Source: a virus. Taken from it: a stretch of DNA of 31,924 nucleotides. The notes under the pieces were generated by a model that was not told the origin of the DNA, searched no databases, and saw only the letters and a list, made by a program, of their open reading frames with translations. The position numbers and the translations under genes were made by a program. Positions within the stretch are counted from its first letter, which is position 1; each line of letters starts with the position of its first letter. Shown piece after piece: positions 29,395 through 31,924 of this stretch. The stretch is taken from the IMG/VR virus record IMGVR_UViG_3300031949_000126, positions 1 through 31,924 of that record; one strand, written 5' to 3'.

Positions 29395-30494
29395 CACTTA
29401 CGCAATACGATGATAATATAGCTTACTGTCGCATGGCTGATAAGTCCGATGCGCCGGATGAATCGTCAACCTATACGCAACGGGACGCGGAAGCTATCAG
29501 CATTGCCGGGACAGCGTTCGCCTTATGGACTGATTCAAGCGATGTTCTGTACGTCGGGAAATCTACAACCTTCCCATACCTCGGTATCCGATTCGCCTCT
29601 GCCTCCGCCACCTATGGGACTCCGGTACTTTGGTATTCAATTACCAGCACGCAATATACGATTGCTTCCGCGACGGCGGCAACTAACACGATCACAATCA
29701 CCGGGGATGTAAGCGCGAAATTCATGATCGGTTATCAATTCAGAATTCATGGAAGTACGGGCAATGACGGGGCTTGGACATGTAACGCGAATTCCACTTT
29801 TGGCGGTGGCGTTACAAGCATCGTGACTGCCGAGGATTTAACCAATGATACAGACGATGGACACGTTCCGGCTCATTCGATATGGGGGCCGTTGACGGCT
29901 TTATTTAACAATACATCCGCACTTACAGCCAACGGTTATATAGCATGGAGCATACCCGGCGATTGGGGGCTGTCATCGATCACGGACGCGGGCGCGTACG
30001 GCACAGCCGCCACATCTGCATACTGGATTAAGGCGACAGTGCCAACCGCGACGGGCGATCCGTCAACTGTCTATCATCTGCTCCGAAATCTTACATTGAC
30101 AGAGCCGCTTCACGTCCTCGGCCCGGAGTTTGAATACGAAACGGTCTATGCTGATATTAACGGCGCACTGCACAAAAAGGACATGACCTATAAGGGGCCG
30201 TCAAGGTACACCGTGGGCATGACGCAGATCGCCTGTACTATGGCGAATTTCCAGCTTTTGATCGACTGGAAAACATACCAAAACCGCGTCTTCATCGAGA
30301 ACGAGGCAGTCACGACGCCGATAAACATTGCTCTTGACGCCTATTTTAGATCGGGCGAGGGCATGATCGCGTATGTCCCGCTTGAAATGATGGACCCTGG
30401 TAAAATGCCGCTCGAACCGGGCGCGTACTACCCGCTCATATTTAAACTGGACACCGTTGTTACGCAGACGAGCCTGTTAGGGAAAGCATTATGA
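29376..30494 (+). CDS. Distal tail protein (Dit-like) candidate (372 aa)
   Basis: The call rests on position only, downstream of the tape measure gene and upstream of the Tal-like gene. Confidence 0.4.
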   Translation: MAIGQITLTQYDDNIAYCRMADKSDAPDESSTYTQRDAEAISIAGTAFALWTDSSDVLYVGKSTTFPYLGIRFASASATYGTPVLWYSITSTQYTIASATAATNTITITGDVSAKFMIGYQFRIHGSTGNDGAWTCNANSTFGGGVTSIVTAEDLTNDTDDGHVPAHSIWGPLTALFNNTSALTANGYIAWSIPGDWGLSSITDAGAYGTAATSAYWIKATVPTATGDPSTVYHLLRNLTLTEPLHVLGPEFEYETVYADINGALHKKDMTYKGPSRYTVGMTQIACTMANFQLLIDWKTYQNRVFIENEAVTTPINIALDAYFRSGEGMIAYVPLEMMDPGKMPLEPGAYYPLIFKLDTVVTQTSLLGKAL

Positions 30495-30646
30495 GTCGCT
30501 TTAAATGGTTGACAGCTTGGGTTTACTGCCCCGTATGCCAGAAGGAATGGGTAGCGGTCATGCCGATTGATGCCGTAAAAGAACAGATCGAATGCCCATA
30601 CTGCGGGGCGTGTCATGCGAGGCTTTACAGCGAATGCCGCAGATAA
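30491..30646 (+). CDS. Cys4 zinc-ribbon micro-protein (51 aa: MSRFKWLTAWVYCPVCQKEW...IECPYCGACHARLYSECRR)
   Basis: Hand-translated ORF with an ATGA overlap upstream. Its stop overlaps the start region of the next gene. CxxC ... CxxC spacing. Confidence 0.5.
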   Translation: MSRFKWLTAWVYCPVCQKEWVAVMPIDAVKEQIECPYCGACHARLYSECRR

Positions 30647-31924
30647 CAGTCACGTTCAGCAATCCGACTTACAACCTCAATGCCAATCCCGCGCTGGGGA
30701 AAACCGCCACGGACATCCCGGTCGAGACGTTCGCAAAGCAACACGCCTTCGACAGCATCAGCAGCGCGACGCTATATATCCGGACGGATGTACTTTCGAT
30801 TTACAGCCTGGAAACCGCTGACTTGACGAACGCCTGTCAACTTAACAGCACCGTCACGGTTATGGAAGGGGCGGTCTATCATTTCAGAGGTTACGTTTTC
30901 AGCAAGCCCCTTTTTAAAACTTACGAGGACGGGAATTATCTGGTTGTCGAGTGCATGGGTTGGGACGGGATTCTCGGACAGACGCTTTGCGTGGACGCTG
31001 CCGGAAACGACATCTGGACGATGGAATCAAGTAAGTATGCGCTGACAAACATGCCTTTGCAGGCGACGGCGGCTTACGGGACATTCCAGGGTAGCACGTT
31101 GTGGCCTGACCCGGACGATGCGACGGGATTAAAGTGTTATGTCACAGGCGCAAATGATGTTTTGTACACGGACGGAGCAGGCGCGGCGCTATCGGCTGTT
31201 GCCACGACGATTATTCTAACAAGTACAACGAAGGGTTTTATCCCTCGCGGCTGGGTAAAGATTGACTCAGAATGGATATATTTTGACGGATATGACAACT
31301 CAAATGCGGATACAAAATACCGCCTGTATAACTGCGTCCGTGGTCAGTTGGGTACGGCGGCGGCTCCTCATGCGGAGGGCGTCACGGTCTATGAAAAGCT
31401 CGGCAAGCAAATCGCGCCCGCCGCGCTCGACCTCCAAAACGACCCGCTTGGCGGCGTCGCATGGAAAACGGTAAGGCGCGGGGCTGAATTCGACGTCCAC
31501 GACACGCTAGGATGCTTTGTGTTGCGCGATCCGGCGGCAGGCACATACAGAGCCACATACTCGGTTTACGACGAAGACAGCTTACTTGACGTGACGTCAG
31601 TGCCTATATCGTTGAGCGATGTGGTGACGAAGATAATGACAGGCACGGCTGCCAACTTCGGCCCCGGGTTCGCGACTGGTGACCTTGATTTTGATGCAAT
31701 GGCCGTGGGATGGCTAAAAATCAATCGCTACGATTATGATCCGCAACAGAAACAACAATACGCTTTCGACGCAATTCAGGAATTGCTGGCCGCCGTCGGC
31801 CTGGAACAAGAGGTTAAGTTCTGGTACAAGCATTCGACCGGAAAATTCCGCCTGACATGGATAGCAAATGCCACGTCTAGTTTTACGCTTCCGAACACGT
31901 CGCGGGTGGAGCATGAGTTCACGC
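30634..31924 (+). CDS. N-terminal part of the large tail protein (Tal/baseplate-hub-like); it continues across the circular junction to 1221
   Basis: I translated by hand from ATG 30634 to the window end and met no stop. The frame matches 1..1221 through the 127-bp overlap. The ORF track omits it because it has no stop inside the window. Confidence 0.7.
   Translation, partial: MPQITVTFSNPTYNLNANPALGKTATDIPVETFAKQHAFDSISSATLYIRTDVLSIYSLETADLTNACQLNSTVTVMEGAVYHFRGYVFSKPLFKTYEDGNYLVVECMGWDGILGQTLCVDAAGNDIWTMESSKYALTNMPLQATAAYGTFQGSTLWPDPDDATGLKCYVTGANDVLYTDGAGAALSAVATTIILTSTTKGFIPRGWVKIDSEWIYFDGYDNSNADTKYRLYNCVRGQLGTAAAPHAEGVTVYEKLGKQIAPAALDLQNDPLGGVAWKTVRRGAEFDVHDTLGCFVLRDPAAGTYRATYSVYDEDSLLDVTSVPISLSDVVTKIMTGTAANFGPGFATGDLDFDAMAVGWLKINRYDYDPQQKQQYAFDAIQELLAAVGLEQEVKFWYKHSTGKFRLTWIANATSSFTLPNTSRVEHEFT
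31798..31924. repeat. Second copy of the terminal overlap (identical to 1-127)
   Basis: See the first feature. Confidence 0.95.

Noticed and set aside
1-31924. Searches for an integrase or recombinase, a reverse transcriptase/DGR, toxin-antitoxin pairs, cas genes and partition genes
   Set aside because: None of the translated ORFs shows the corresponding hallmark motifs (tyrosine/serine recombinase, YxDD, Walker-type ParA and so on). The absence is recorded but not proven without profile searches.

Overview
The window is a complete, circularly closed genome of a tailed dsDNA phage with siphovirus-type gene order. Bases 1-127 are identical to 31798-31924, so the unit genome is 31,797 bp, and one large tail gene runs in frame across the junction. 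There are three transcription blocks. (1) A rightward late operon starts at about 16.6 kb: putative small terminase, TerL, portal candidate, scaffold, major capsid, head-tail joining genes, major tail protein, G/GT chaperone with a canonical -1 slippery site, tape measure, and distal tail/fibre genes. It wraps through the junction and ends near 4.3 kb. (2) A leftward early operon runs from 13.65 kb to 4.54 kb as about 30 tightly coupled small genes, many with ATGA/TAATG overlaps. It includes a possible annealing protein, a RuvC-like resolvase, an M15/LAS-like peptidase, a PAPS-reductase-fold PP-loop enzyme, a beta-class DPPY DNA methyltransferase and a LexA-N-like wHTH, and ends in a clear intrinsic terminator. 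(3) A rightward replication block (14.2-16.6 kb) has an initiator/organizer with internal iterons and a DnaB helicase. A small XRE repressor gene with back-to-back promoters lies between blocks 2 and 3. I found no integrase, partition genes, tRNA, rRNA, CRISPR array or reverse transcriptase. The most unusual part is an early-operon module at 11.7-13.4 kb. Three adjacent genes there encode tandem-repeat proteins: an Ala-X dipeptide array rich in Cys/Tyr, and an 11/22-residue repeat. Their DNA repeats are almost perfect, and the genes share an identical 36-bp 3' end and a duplicated leader cassette containing an 11-bp palindrome. Other points worth follow-up are the PAPS-reductase plus methyltransferase pair, a DUF115/Maf-like Rossmann enzyme inside the head module, a lambda-like ori signature inside the initiator gene, and a promoter/terminator-rich control region at 13.7-14.2 kb. 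All family assignments are motif recognition by eye; no searches were run.
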